A stretch of DNA of 63,843 nucleotides, filler included, from Deltaproteobacteria bacterium (GTDB lineage Bacteria > JAEEML01), in assembly GCA_016283195.1 (NCBI GenBank). It is 4 parts of 4 records of this genome, joined end to end, with 100 filler letters (N's around TTAATTAATTAA, not from the genome) between each part and the next. Parts side by side here need not be neighbours in the genome. Positions count along the whole stretch, not along the records: positions 1 to 28,215 come from JAEEML010000055.1; positions 28,316 to 37,174 come from JAEEML010000061.1; 2 more parts are not named here. One strand, written 5' to 3'. The notes beneath the pieces were generated by a model. The model did no database searches and was not told the origin of the DNA. It saw nothing but the letters and a program-made list of their open reading frames with translations. Below are positions 18,988 to 28,729 of the stretch, in pieces. Both the position numbers and the translations under genes were made by a program. Positions within the stretch are counted from its first letter, which is position 1; every line of letters starts with the position of its first letter.

Positions 18988-19509
18988 TCACACCGGCAGC
19001 ATTTTGAGCATGGCGTTTGCTTTACCCACCAGAGCTTTATCGGCACTGCCGGCCTTGCCGAGGGCACTTTCCAAATCTTCTTCGGCAGCCCGGAATTGCT
19101 TCATGGCAATATATATTTCGGCGCGGTTGATGTAAGAAACCATATCATTAGGCGCGAGGCGAATAGCATAATTAAACTGCTTTAAGGCTTTATCCAAATC
19201 TTTGAGTTGCAAATAAATAACGCCCAGGCCGCGGTAATAATAGGCATTGGTTGGATCTATAGCCACAAGGCCCTCAAAAATGGTTTTGGCCGGCTCGGTT
19301 TTACCTTGGAGAAAAAAGGTATAACCCTGAGAGGCGATGGCATAGAGCTCTTCATCAGTATAACCTTTAATATCTTTTAAGGTTATCTCACCTTTGGCCC
19401 ACTTTTCTATCATGGGTTGCAATTTGCTCTTTAGCTGGTCGGCCTTTATAGCTGCATTCTTGGCGGCGGCAATAGGGGCCGCTTTTCCTTCTTCGATTTG
19501 CTCTGCCAC
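18988..19509 (-). CDS. TPR protein, SycD/LcrH-like type III secretion chaperone
   Basis: TLKDIKGYTDEELYAIASQGYTFFLQGK...IFEGLVAIDP followed by TPRs; GTG start with an AGAGG RBS. Confidence 0.7.
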   Translation of the reverse strand: MAEQIEEGKAAPIAAAKNAAIKADQLKSKLQPMIEKWAKGEITLKDIKGYTDEELYAIASQGYTFFLQGKTEPAKTIFEGLVAIDPTNAYYYRGLGVIYLQLKDLDKALKQFNYAIRLAPNDMVSYINRAEIYIAMKQFRAAEEDLESALGKAGSADKALVGKANAMLKMLPV

Positions 19510-19602
19510 GATAAACCTCTAATAATTGCCGCAAAGGGCATTTTGTGTTATCATTACCACACTCTTGGCCTTACTGCCAGAGCAAAGCGGAGGAAAGAAA
19601 CC

Positions 19603-21594
19603 ATGCAGCAGCAAAAAATCATTTCGAACTGTCTGGCAGGCGCCTTCGTTTCCCTTTGGATTTTTTCCTGCTCCAATGTGCCGCCGGAAGTACAGAATAG
19701 CGCTGATGAACCGGAAAAAACGCTTCTCGGCTCCGGTAAATCCTGCCAAGATAATGCAGAATGTCTCTCCGGTTATTGCCTCGATATTTTAGGCAGCAGA
19801 CAATGCGCCATGACTTGTGCAAATAGTGGCGATTGCCCGGCCAAGCTCATCTGCGCCGCTGCCGATCCGCGCAGCAGCCAAAGCCCCAAAATTTGCATGC
19901 CCAAAGTCAAACTCCCTTGCATGAGCTGTGGTGAAGACAGTGATTGTCAGGAAGTGGGCGCCCTTTGCCACACTCTGGACGGTGCCAAAGTCTGCCTTGG
20001 CCCTTGCGACCCTAATAAGGCCGATAACTGTCCGGCCGGCTTTATCTGCCAGCAAGTTAATGATGAAATAAATAATGTGGAAAGCTCCCAATGTATGCCG
20101 GAAATCGGCACCTGTGCCTGTAGCTCAGGTTCCAGCGGGGCAGTGCGCAGCTGTTATAAAAATGTCCCTAATATCGGCACCTGTTACGGCCTTGAAACTT
20201 GCGACGGCGATGCCGGCGGCTGGCAGGCTTGCGATGCCCAGGAACCAAGTGCCGAAATTTGCGATGGTCTCGATAATGATTGTGATGGCCTGATTGATGA
20301 AGATACTAGCGGCGAGCTGCTCACCCAAGAGTGCTGGTATGGCTATAAAACTGGCGTCGCCCCGCCGGAATGCCGCGGCATAGCTACTTGTATTAACGGC
20401 AATTTCAATAATTGCTCTCTGCCGCCCCCGCCGGAGAGCGAAACTCTCTGTGATGGCCTCGATAACGACTGCGACGGCCAAATAGATGAAGATGAAAACG
20501 GCCTGCCCCTAAAAAGAGTCTGCCAATACGGCTATGAGGGCGAAGAAGCACCAGAAAATTGCCGCGGCTTTGAAACTTGCGAAAACGGCCAATACGGCGA
20601 GTGCAGCACTCCGCCCCCGCCGGCCGAAGAAACAATCTGCGACGGGCTTGACGACAACTGCGACGGCAAAACCGATGCCGATGCCGAGGGCCAGCCGCTA
20701 ACAGCTCCCTGTGGCTACGGCTATGAAAGTAACCCCACTGCCAGACCGGAAAACTGCCGCGGCCTGCGCTACTGCTCATCCGGCGTTTTTGGCGAATGTT
20801 CTCTTTCCGAACCCCTGCCGGGCGACAGCCGTTGCGACGGCATTGATGAAGATTGCGACGGCCTGATTGATGAAGATATTTTGGGCACCAACAGCCACTG
20901 TTCAAAGTGCGGCGATGTTTGCCCGCCGGGAAAATCATTCACTTCAGTTTATGACTGGGGCTGTAGCAATAAACAGTGCAAAACCTGGAAATGTAAGTAC
21001 CCCTATTTTGATGTAAATAACGACCCGGCCGACGGCTGCGAAATAACGGATACTTCATGGAATAATTACACTAAAGCGGCCGCTAAATACATTGGGGAAA
21101 TGGATGAAAACGGCAAGTATGAAATGCATTTGTGTAACGGCCGTCTGCCGCGGGACAGCCGGGCGAACATTTATAATAGCAGCGATATGAGTGCCGATGA
21201 AGGGGTAGATTATTTTTATTTTAAATATATCGGTAAGTTTTGGGGCATAAAGCAGGCCACGCTTAAAGTGGTAGCCAATCCTGTTGGGGCAAATAATTAT
21301 ACCGGTACCAATGTTACCAGCCCTTCAGGCACCATTCAGGTGTGCGTATCAGGAAATTATTCAAGCACCACTTCTTCGCCCACTATTGCAAATTGCCAAA
21401 ATATTAATCTTTCCGGATCTTCGGCAGGCCAAGTTGTTTTTGGTTCTGATTATTTTAAACATGACGGCGATAATTATTATTATATTATGGTAAAAGCCGT
21501 TGGTTCTTACAAATTTTCCGGTAAATTTCACATTCAGGTAATTGAAGAGTCTGCATCTAACGATATAACCGGCAGCAATTCTGCCTGCAACTAG
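19603..21594 (+). CDS. Cys-rich lipoprotein with four MopE-related (putative metal-binding) repeats
   Basis: RBS GGAGG, lipobox IFSC; repeats EICDGLDNDCDGLIDE, LCDGLDNDCDGQIDE, ICDGLDDNCDGKTD, RCDGIDEDCDGLIDE. Confidence 0.85.
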   Translation: MQQQKIISNCLAGAFVSLWIFSCSNVPPEVQNSADEPEKTLLGSGKSCQDNAECLSGYCLDILGSRQCAMTCANSGDCPAKLICAAADPRSSQSPKICMPKVKLPCMSCGEDSDCQEVGALCHTLDGAKVCLGPCDPNKADNCPAGFICQQVNDEINNVESSQCMPEIGTCACSSGSSGAVRSCYKNVPNIGTCYGLETCDGDAGGWQACDAQEPSAEICDGLDNDCDGLIDEDTSGELLTQECWYGYKTGVAPPECRGIATCINGNFNNCSLPPPPESETLCDGLDNDCDGQIDEDENGLPLKRVCQYGYEGEEAPENCRGFETCENGQYGECSTPPPPAEETICDGLDDNCDGKTDADAEGQPLTAPCGYGYESNPTARPENCRGLRYCSSGVFGECSLSEPLPGDSRCDGIDEDCDGLIDEDILGTNSHCSKCGDVCPPGKSFTSVYDWGCSNKQCKTWKCKYPYFDVNNDPADGCEITDTSWNNYTKAAAKYIGEMDENGKYEMHLCNGRLPRDSRANIYNSSDMSADEGVDYFYFKYIGKFWGIKQATLKVVANPVGANNYTGTNVTSPSGTIQVCVSGNYSSTTSSPTIANCQNINLSGSSAGQVVFGSDYFKHDGDNYYYIMVKAVGSYKFSGKFHIQVIEESASNDITGSNSACN

Positions 21595-21610
21595 AGAGAA
21601 TTTTTACAAA

Positions 21611-22642
21611 ATGCGAAAGAATAGTTTATTAATACCTTTAGCCGTTTTATTTTTAACTTCCTGCAGAAATGATCCCCCGGAGGATCAACAAAAAAATAAT
21701 CAGCAACCGGGAGTAGATCAAGCTGGAGAGCCTTATTGTTTAAATTCCAAAACTCTCTCTAACCCCGCCGCCGATGGCAGTATAAAATATGAGCCCTGCT
21801 CCGGCCTGTGCACTTTTGGCACTTGCGAAAACAGCGGAGAATATAATTTGCCTGCTACTTGTAAACTAAGTGATGCGCCATACTGCTTTGGCGATACTAT
21901 TGCCATCTCCTGTATGCAAGCTGTAACCGAAGAGAACTCCAAAAACACCCAGGTTGTTGTCACTCATTGCCAGGACGGGCGCGTTTGTAAAGATGGCTTT
22001 TGCCTGCCCCGCGATGAAAAAGTAGCGTGCCTTGCTGATTATTGTAAAGATCTTCACACCTTAGTTACCTGTAAGGCCGGCCAAGAGTCTATAGAAGCAT
22101 GTAAAAAAAATGAACTCTGCCTGGCCAATGCCTGTGTTGAAACCAGCGGTATAACCACCTGTAACGATAAAAATGATTGTAATAGCGACGAACTCTGCCG
22201 CGACGGCCTTTGTTACCTCGAAAGTAATTTTGCCATAAAAAAGGGCGCTCCCTGCGATGCCGGCACTTTTCAGGAATATTGCGAGGGCAATATCGAAGTG
22301 TGGTGCGGCTATGATGGCATCGTAGAATATAATGACTGCGCCCAATATAACGGCTGCGCCATGCTGGTGCAAAAAATATTTAGAAGCGGCCTTTCTATCC
22401 GCAACGCCATCTGCCGCGGCGAGAGCGCTTACCTTGAACAATGCCCAAAGGCCGGCGCCGTTTCCAAACACTGTTTAAATGCCGTTTATGAGGATATGCC
22501 CTTCTTAAACTTTTCATATTCCTTAACCGATTTCTGCGAAATAGCCTCCGATGGCACTATGGTAGCCCGCCCCGAGCGCATTGAGACCGATTGCGGCCAA
22601 AATAGCTGCGACGAAGAACGCGGTGTATGCGCGGAAAAGTAA
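21611..22642 (+). CDS. Cys-rich lipoprotein
   Basis: Lipobox FLTSC; its C-terminal Cys module is shared with 28316-28726 and 39761-40921. Confidence 0.8.
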   Translation: MRKNSLLIPLAVLFLTSCRNDPPEDQQKNNQQPGVDQAGEPYCLNSKTLSNPAADGSIKYEPCSGLCTFGTCENSGEYNLPATCKLSDAPYCFGDTIAISCMQAVTEENSKNTQVVVTHCQDGRVCKDGFCLPRDEKVACLADYCKDLHTLVTCKAGQESIEACKKNELCLANACVETSGITTCNDKNDCNSDELCRDGLCYLESNFAIKKGAPCDAGTFQEYCEGNIEVWCGYDGIVEYNDCAQYNGCAMLVQKIFRSGLSIRNAICRGESAYLEQCPKAGAVSKHCLNAVYEDMPFLNFSYSLTDFCEIASDGTMVARPERIETDCGQNSCDEERGVCAEK

Positions 22643-22692
22643 AATAATACTTTAAATAAACTTCCTGATTTACCCGAAAATACTATTTCCTC

Positions 22693-22721
22693 TTGACATT
22701 TTATCTAATTTAACATATAGG
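22693..22721 (+). promoter_or_regulatory. Putative sigma70 promoter of rpoZ-lepA
   Basis: TTGACA-17 nt-TATAGG, followed by the RBS AGGAGG. Confidence 0.55.
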
Positions 22722-22744
22722 CGCCTAGGCTAGGAGGTGTCTTA

Positions 22745-22981
22745 ATGGCCCGTGTAACAGTTGAAGATTGCTTAGACAATGTAGATAATCGTTTTGCTCT
22801 TGTTCTGCTGGCCGCCCAGCGCGCCCGCCAAATCACCAAAGGCGCCAGAGCAACAGTTGAACACCCCAAGAATAAAGCTCCAGTTTTAGCTCTCCGTGAA
22901 ATTGCTGCCGGCAATATTTATTTTGACCGCGATGTGCAGGAAGAGCTTTTAAACAGTATGAAACGGCTCCAAGAAGACTGA
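22745..22981 (+). CDS. rpoZ: RNA polymerase omega subunit
   Basis: [34 protein letters not shown]. Confidence 0.96.
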   Translation: MARVTVEDCLDNVDNRFALVLLAAQRARQITKGARATVEHPKNKAPVLALREIAAGNIYFDRDVQEELLNSMKRLQED

Positions 22982-23036
22982 GCCATTTGTTCTCTTCCGC
23001 CAATTTTCCTTAAAATTTTTCACAAGATGGAACGAG

Positions 23037-24833
23037 ATGCAGTTTACAAGAAACTTTAGTATCATCGCCCATATCGACCACGGCAAATCCACCCTGGCCG
23101 ACCGCCTCATTCAAACTTGCAACGTGATATCCAACAGGGAGTTTCAGGATCAATTCCTCGATAATATGGATATCGAGCGCGAGCGCGGCATTACCATTAA
23201 AAGCCAGACCATCAACCTGCCCTATAAAGCAAAAGATGGCCATGAATACAGCTTAAACCTCATCGACACTCCCGGACACGTCGATTTTACTTATGAAGTC
23301 TCGCGGGCTCTCGCTTCCTGCGACGGCGTTTTGCTTTTGGTGGACGCCACGCAAGGGGTACAGGCGCAAACTGTGGCTAATCTCTATCTCGCTATGGAGC
23401 ATAATCTGGAAATTATTCCGGTTATCAACAAGATAGACCTGCCCTCCGCTGATGTGGAGTCGGCGCGCGAAGAGATAGACCACGACCTGGGGCTGGATGG
23501 TCTCGCCGCTCTGCCGGTGAGCGCCAAAACCGGAGAAGGCATAGATGCGCTTTTAGAGGCTATAGTAACGCAAATTCCGCCCCCCAAAGGCGAGGCGGCT
23601 GAGCCCTTAACTGCCCTTATTTTCGACGCTTTTTATGATCCATATCGCGGTGCTATCATTTCGGCGCGCATTTTTAACGGCTCTTTAAAAGCGGGCGATC
23701 AAATTCGTTTTATGTCAAACGGCGCCACCTATAAAGTGGAAGAAGTGGGCATTTATCGCCAAACGCGCACGCCCAAAGAGTGCTTAAGTGCCGGCGAAGT
23801 TGGCTATATTATTGCCGGTATTAAAACGGTTAGCGATATTTCCATCGGCGATACCATCACCCTGAATGAGCGGCCGGCCGCCGAGCCGGTGCCCGGTTTT
23901 GTGCAGGTGAAGCCTGTCGTTTTTTCCTCGGTTTATCCAATATCTTCAGACGATTACCCTTCCCTCTGCGACGCTCTCGAAAAATACAAATTAAACGATG
24001 CGGCCCTCGTTTACAGCAAAGATAATTCTACCGCTCTCGGCCAGGGTTTTCGTTGCGGCTTTTTGGGGCTTTTGCACCTGGAAATCTTTCAGGAACGCAT
24101 GGAGCGCGAATTTGACCAAGCTCTCCTCATGACAACCCCTTCGGTTGAATACACTTTCAAGCTGAAAACCGGCAAAGAAATTACCATAGATAACCCGCAC
24201 TATTACCCGGATCCGGCAGAAATTACCGAATCATTTGAACCATTTATCCGCGCTACTATCTTGATGCCGGAGCGCTATTTGGGCGCGGTAATGAAGCTGG
24301 TGCTCGACAGGCGCGGCACCAATACCGATTTTAATTACCCCTCCCCCGGGCGCATTGAGCTCAAAGCCGATATGCCGCTCGCTGAAGTGATTTTTGATTT
24401 TTATGACAAATTAAAATCCATCACGCAGGGCTACGGCTCTTTTGATTATGACTTTTTGGAAAAGCGCCCCAGCAAGCTGGTGAAAGTGGATATGTTGGTC
24501 AACGGCGAAAAGGTGGACGCTCTCTCCATTATTGTCCACGAAGACCGGGCCCGCCCCAGAGCCGTACAAATTTGCGATAAACTGGCCGAAGAAATTCCCC
24601 GCCAGCTCTTTAAAATTGCTATCCAAGGGGCCATCGGCGGCAAGATTATATCCAGATCCACCATCAACCCCTTTAGAAAAGATGTTTTGGCCAAGTGCTA
24701 CGGCGGCGATATCACCCGTAAGCGCAAACTTTTGGAAAAGCAGGCCAAAGGCAAAAAGCGCATGAAGATGGTGGGCAATGTGGAGATTCCGCAGGAAGCC
24801 TTTGTGGCCGTTTTAAAGACTAATGACGACTAG
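23037..24833 (+). CDS. lepA: Elongation factor 4 (LepA)
   Basis: NFSIIAHIDHGKSTLADR, ERGITIK, DTPGHVDF, GFRCGFLGLLH, KCYGGDITRKRKLLEKQ. Confidence 0.97.
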   Translation: MQFTRNFSIIAHIDHGKSTLADRLIQTCNVISNREFQDQFLDNMDIERERGITIKSQTINLPYKAKDGHEYSLNLIDTPGHVDFTYEVSRALASCDGVLLLVDATQGVQAQTVANLYLAMEHNLEIIPVINKIDLPSADVESAREEIDHDLGLDGLAALPVSAKTGEGIDALLEAIVTQIPPPKGEAAEPLTALIFDAFYDPYRGAIISARIFNGSLKAGDQIRFMSNGATYKVEEVGIYRQTRTPKECLSAGEVGYIIAGIKTVSDISIGDTITLNERPAAEPVPGFVQVKPVVFSSVYPISSDDYPSLCDALEKYKLNDAALVYSKDNSTALGQGFRCGFLGLLHLEIFQERMEREFDQALLMTTPSVEYTFKLKTGKEITIDNPHYYPDPAEITESFEPFIRATILMPERYLGAVMKLVLDRRGTNTDFNYPSPGRIELKADMPLAEVIFDFYDKLKSITQGYGSFDYDFLEKRPSKLVKVDMLVNGEKVDALSIIVHEDRARPRAVQICDKLAEEIPRQLFKIAIQGAIGGKIISRSTINPFRKDVLAKCYGGDITRKRKLLEKQAKGKKRMKMVGNVEIPQEAFVAVLKTNDD

Positions 24834-24841
24834 AGGCAAAA

Positions 24842-27800
24842 ATGAAAACAATTATTTGGCTTTTTGCGCTTATTTGTCTGGCTGCCGCGCCTGAAGGAAT
24901 AAACGAACCGCCGGCCAGTGAAGTCTATAAAGCGCAGTTAGCTCAGCTTACCTTGGCCAGTAGTCAGGGTGACAGCTCCTCCGACATGATAGCCGGCGAA
25001 ATTGCCACCATCCAAAAGCAGCTCGACACCTTAAAACAGCTGGAAAACCGCTCACAGGTTTTAAAAAATCGCCCCGAAGCACTGGAAGCCGAAAGCGCTG
25101 CCATTAAAGATCTTTTGGCTAAACCAGTAAGCCCGACTTCTATCAATACCCCCGCCCCTGATGAAAGCGACAGTGCGGCATTAAGCGCTAAACAACAAGA
25201 AATTCAGCTGGAGCTCAACCAAGTTGAGGCCACCTTAACCAAATTACATGATGAGCAAAAAAATATGGGCCAGCGCATCGGCAAACTCAGCAACGAACTG
25301 GCCGCCGCCCATTCTGCGCTGGAAGAGGCTATGTTAAAGCATAGCACTGCGCCTAACCCGCTGCAGGCTTTAAGCATCGAAATTTCCATGGCCAGCACCA
25401 AGCTGAATATTGCCAATATGGAAATTGAGCAACAGCTCTTTCCCAAAGAGATGCGCCTCTACCGCGATAAAATCAATCTGAATATTAATATGCGCAAAAC
25501 GTTATCAGCGCAAAATGCTAATATTATCAAGCAAATTGAAAATTTACGCCTTTTAGAAGCCGCCGCTTTTAACGAAGAAGTTAAAGAATTTGTAAGTCAG
25601 CTGCAACCTGCCAATAAGAACATAGAAACCGGCAGTAAACGCCTTTTGGCTCTGGCCGCCAGACGGCTGGAAGATAACAGTGTTTTGCGCAATTTTCTCG
25701 CTTTACAAAATAGGGAGCACCAAAGATCTGCCGAGCTCACTGCTTTAAGCGAAAAGCAGCAACGTATTATAAAACAGGTAGATGCCATGGGGCTCACACC
25801 GGCCATTGGTTTTGTCTTGCGCCAGGAGCGGCAAACCCTGCCGGATACCCGCGAGCTCAAAGACGAAATAAAGGCGCGCAACAAAGAGATGGCTGCCTTG
25901 CAACTAAAGCTGGTGGAACTGGAAGAAGAAAAGCACCAATTAAGTTACAACCTGCAGCTGGACGAGGGAGTGCCGCAGGAGGCCGAGCTAAAAGAAAAAC
26001 TGGAGCGCGCCATAAAATTATGTCGCCATGATTATTTTTCTTATTTTAGGGAAATTGCCAAACTCGAAGCTATAAACCGCCAACTTATTGAAAAAACAGT
26101 AGCTATCACAAAATATATAGATGAGCGCGTCTATTGGATTCCTAATTCCGGCCCCTTTACCAACATTAATAAAACGGCTATAAACGGCGCTTTTAATTTC
26201 TTTTTGTCACCGGGGCAATGGCTGCCGGTACTTAAAAACTACAAAAACTATCTGCCCTGGATTATTATCTGGCCGGCGGCCATTCTCCTGGCCCTCATCG
26301 GCTACTGGACTTTGGTACGCCGCCGCCTCAAAGCGGCCTGGCAAAAAAACATCACTAACTTAAAAGAGGCGGGCAAAAAGCCAACCACGCCGGAACAAAA
26401 CGAAAGCAATATTCACTTTATCCGCTCACTCTTAAAAGCCTTTCTTATGATGCCGGTTTTGGCGATACCTAAGCCGCTGATTTTCCTGACTATTGCCGCC
26501 GGCTGTTACTCCTTAAGCCGCGATTCGGCATTTTTCTTTGCTTTAACGCGCGGCTTCATCAATGCGGCTGTTGTTTTTTATATCTTTGGAATTATACATC
26601 TTTTTTTAGAATCGCATGGGCTTTATATTTTTGCTGTCCACTGGGCGGAAACAACTTGGCAAAAAGAGAGCCGCGCCGCCACCATCTTGCAATATGTCCT
26701 GGCTTTTTTAACCTTTATCTGTACTGGCCTCGCCTATCAACCAAGCGATGTTCTAATAAACAGCGTCGGCCGCTTCACCTTTATGCTTATCCTCCTCTCC
26801 TGCTTTATTTGGCTAATCGGCATGGGGAAAAAACCTTGGCAAACAGCCTATCGCGGCTGGCTGAAATTACTTTACAATATCATTTTAGCGGCCATTTACC
26901 TGATGCCGCCGGCACTCATTGTTTTTACCTTTATGGGCTATTATTTTACGGCAATTCCCCTAGCCATTAAATTTCTTTTTCAGCTTCTCACATTGGTATC
27001 TATTGTTATTTTGGCCAATATCACTAAGAAAACTATCAAGATACGCCTTGGCATGAAACAAAGCGCCAAAAACCGCGAAGCCATGCTCGTGCGCCTGGTA
27101 CATGCCATAAGCGCCATTTTGGCTCTGCTCTCGCTCTATCTTATTTGGAGTGATGTTTTACCGGCCTTAAATGCCGCCGGCAGTGTCACTCTCTGGACTA
27201 CCACCAGTGGTAACACTTTACACAATGTTTCGCTGGGCGATGGCTTAACAGCCCTGATAATTGCCATTTTAGTTATTCTCTTGGCCCGCAACCTAAGAAC
27301 CATTCTCTCTTTGGTGGGCTTTGACAAATTGCCTTTTGACGCCGGTATCCGCAATGCTTTGGCCACCCTCATTCGCTATGCCGTCATTTTAATCGGCGGC
27401 GGCAGTGCCTGCACCATTTTGGGCCTCTCATGGAATAATATTCAATGGCTGGTCGCCGCTATGAGCGTTGGTCTCGGCTTTGGCTTGCAGGAAATTTTTG
27501 CCAATTTTGTCTCCGGCATCATCATTCTCTTTGAGCGCCCGGTGCGCCCCGGCGACACTGTAACCATCGGCGATATCTCCGGCGAAGTCACTAAAATCAA
27601 TATCCGGGCCACCACCATTAAAGACTGGGATAACAAAGAAATGATTGTGCCCAATAAGGAATTTATCACCGGGCGCATTCTCAACTGGACAGGTAGCGAT
27701 TCCATACAGCGGGTGGTTATTTCCGTAGGAGTAGCCTATGGCAGCGATTTACAAAAAGTGCAGGAAATATTGCTGAAAATTGCCGCAGATTGCCCGCTGG

Positions 27801-28003
27801 TATTAAAGAAACCGGCACCAAGCGTCATTTTTAGTGATTTTGGCGATAGCGCTCTGGACTTTAAGTTGCGACTTTATACCGATATCAGCACTCTGGCCAA
27901 AGCGCAGCACGAAGTGCGCCTGGCCATAGATAAAGCCTTCAATGAAGCTGGTATTTCCATCCCCTTCCCGCAACGCGATGTGCACCTTATTCCGCAGGAA
28001 TAA
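24842..28003 (+). CDS. Large MscS-family mechanosensitive channel (MscK/MscM-like)
   Basis: Signal peptide, long coiled periplasmic region, multiple TMs, WLVAAMSVGLGFGLQEIFANFVSGIIILFERPVRPGD, IPFPQRDVH. Confidence 0.9.
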   Translation: MKTIIWLFALICLAAAPEGINEPPASEVYKAQLAQLTLASSQGDSSSDMIAGEIATIQKQLDTLKQLENRSQVLKNRPEALEAESAAIKDLLAKPVSPTSINTPAPDESDSAALSAKQQEIQLELNQVEATLTKLHDEQKNMGQRIGKLSNELAAAHSALEEAMLKHSTAPNPLQALSIEISMASTKLNIANMEIEQQLFPKEMRLYRDKINLNINMRKTLSAQNANIIKQIENLRLLEAAAFNEEVKEFVSQLQPANKNIETGSKRLLALAARRLEDNSVLRNFLALQNREHQRSAELTALSEKQQRIIKQVDAMGLTPAIGFVLRQERQTLPDTRELKDEIKARNKEMAALQLKLVELEEEKHQLSYNLQLDEGVPQEAELKEKLERAIKLCRHDYFSYFREIAKLEAINRQLIEKTVAITKYIDERVYWIPNSGPFTNINKTAINGAFNFFLSPGQWLPVLKNYKNYLPWIIIWPAAILLALIGYWTLVRRRLKAAWQKNITNLKEAGKKPTTPEQNESNIHFIRSLLKAFLMMPVLAIPKPLIFLTIAAGCYSLSRDSAFFFALTRGFINAAVVFYIFGIIHLFLESHGLYIFAVHWAETTWQKESRAATILQYVLAFLTFICTGLAYQPSDVLINSVGRFTFMLILLSCFIWLIGMGKKPWQTAYRGWLKLLYNIILAAIYLMPPALIVFTFMGYYFTAIPLAIKFLFQLLTLVSIVILANITKKTIKIRLGMKQSAKNREAMLVRLVHAISAILALLSLYLIWSDVLPALNAAGSVTLWTTTSGNTLHNVSLGDGLTALIIAILVILLARNLRTILSLVGFDKLPFDAGIRNALATLIRYAVILIGGGSACTILGLSWNNIQWLVAAMSVGLGFGLQEIFANFVSGIIILFERPVRPGDTVTIGDISGEVTKINIRATTIKDWDNKEMIVPNKEFITGRILNWTGSDSIQRVVISVGVAYGSDLQKVQEILLKIAADCPLVLKKPAPSVIFSDFGDSALDFKLRLYTDISTLAKAQHEVRLAIDKAFNEAGISIPFPQRDVHLIPQE

Positions 28004-28035
28004 GACCTGAAAACCTTTCAAAACTGTCTCACCAC

Positions 28036-28103
28036 TGTGTCACCTGACACACTTTGGCACACTTTTGACACACCTGACACACTTTTGACACACTTTGTCA
28101 AAA
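28036..28103. repeat. Phased TG(A/G)CACAC tandem array with palindromic ends (candidate enhancer-binding sites)
   Basis: Units start at 28045, 28055, 28066, 28075 and 28086. Palindromes: TGTGTCA-CC-TGACACA (28036-28051) and TTTTGACA-CACTT-TGTCAAAA (28083-28103). Confidence 0.7.
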
Positions 28104-28160
28104 CAGTGCGAAACACATTAAAGACTCATAATTACAACTTGTTATATGTCTTTTGAGCTT

Positions 28161-28176
28161 TGGCACGCAATTTGCA
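28161..28176 (+). promoter_or_regulatory. Sigma54 (-24/-12) promoter
   Basis: TGGCACGCAATTTGCA matches the TGGCACG-N4-TTGCW consensus. An RBS (AAGGAG) follows at ~28208, immediately before the gap. Confidence 0.75.
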
Positions 28177-28215
28177 TTCAGATGGGCCGGTCAGACTATC
28201 TGGCAAAAAGGAGCA

Positions 28216-28315
28216 NNNNNNNNNNNNNNNNNNNNNNNNNNNNNNNNNNNNNNNNNNNNTTAATTAATTAANNNNNNNNNNNNNNNNNNNNNNNNNNNNN
28301 NNNNNNNNNNNNNNN
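28216..28315. other. Artificial contig linker
   Basis: 100 nt: N-run with a central TTAATTAATTAA, which gives stops in all frames. Confidence 0.97.
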
Positions 28316-28726
28316 ACTTGTACTATCTCTGCCGCGGGCAAAGGAGAAGGAGTCGCTGTCGGTGCCGATTGTAATCCCAATCTTTTTGTGGAAAGGTGCA
28401 ATAGCCAAAAGACCGGCCTCTTTTGCGACAGCTATGGCCAGGTTGAAGAGCTCAACTGCGCGGCTTATGACCTAGACTGCGCCGTTCATCAATATAATGG
28501 CAGAGCCATGATAAATTGTTTTGATACCAAAGCGCCCTGTACAGGAGATACTTATAAATGTCTAAATCGCGATGACCCGGCTAATGAAGGCGAACTCCAA
28601 TGGTTTTCGGTGGATAACGCTTGCATAAATACCGACAAGGGCAATTTTTCCCTATACCTTGCATCTTATGATTATTATGTATTTTGCCAAAACGGCTGCG
28701 ACGAAACAAGCGGGCTGTGCAAATAA
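28316..28726 (+). CDS. 3' part of a Cys-rich protein (5' lost in gap)
   Basis: Frame open from 28316: TCTISAAGKGEGVAVGADCNPNLFVERCNSQKTGLFCDSYGQVEELNC...CQNGCDETSGLCK*. Confidence 0.75.
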   Translation, partial: TCTISAAGKGEGVAVGADCNPNLFVERCNSQKTGLFCDSYGQVEELNCAAYDLDCAVHQYNGRAMINCFDTKAPCTGDTYKCLNRDDPANEGELQWFSVDNACINTDKGNFSLYLASYDYYVFCQNGCDETSGLCK

Positions 28727-28729
28727 ACC

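Noticed and set aside
28036-28103. Possible CRISPR array or iterons
   Set aside because: The units are only 8-11 bp with no unique spacers, and no cas or rep gene is present. The position upstream of a sigma54 box fits activator sites better.
28260-28271. TTAATTAATTAA repeated three times in the window
   Set aside because: It is always centred in a 100-nt N-run, so it is an artificial linker and not biological.
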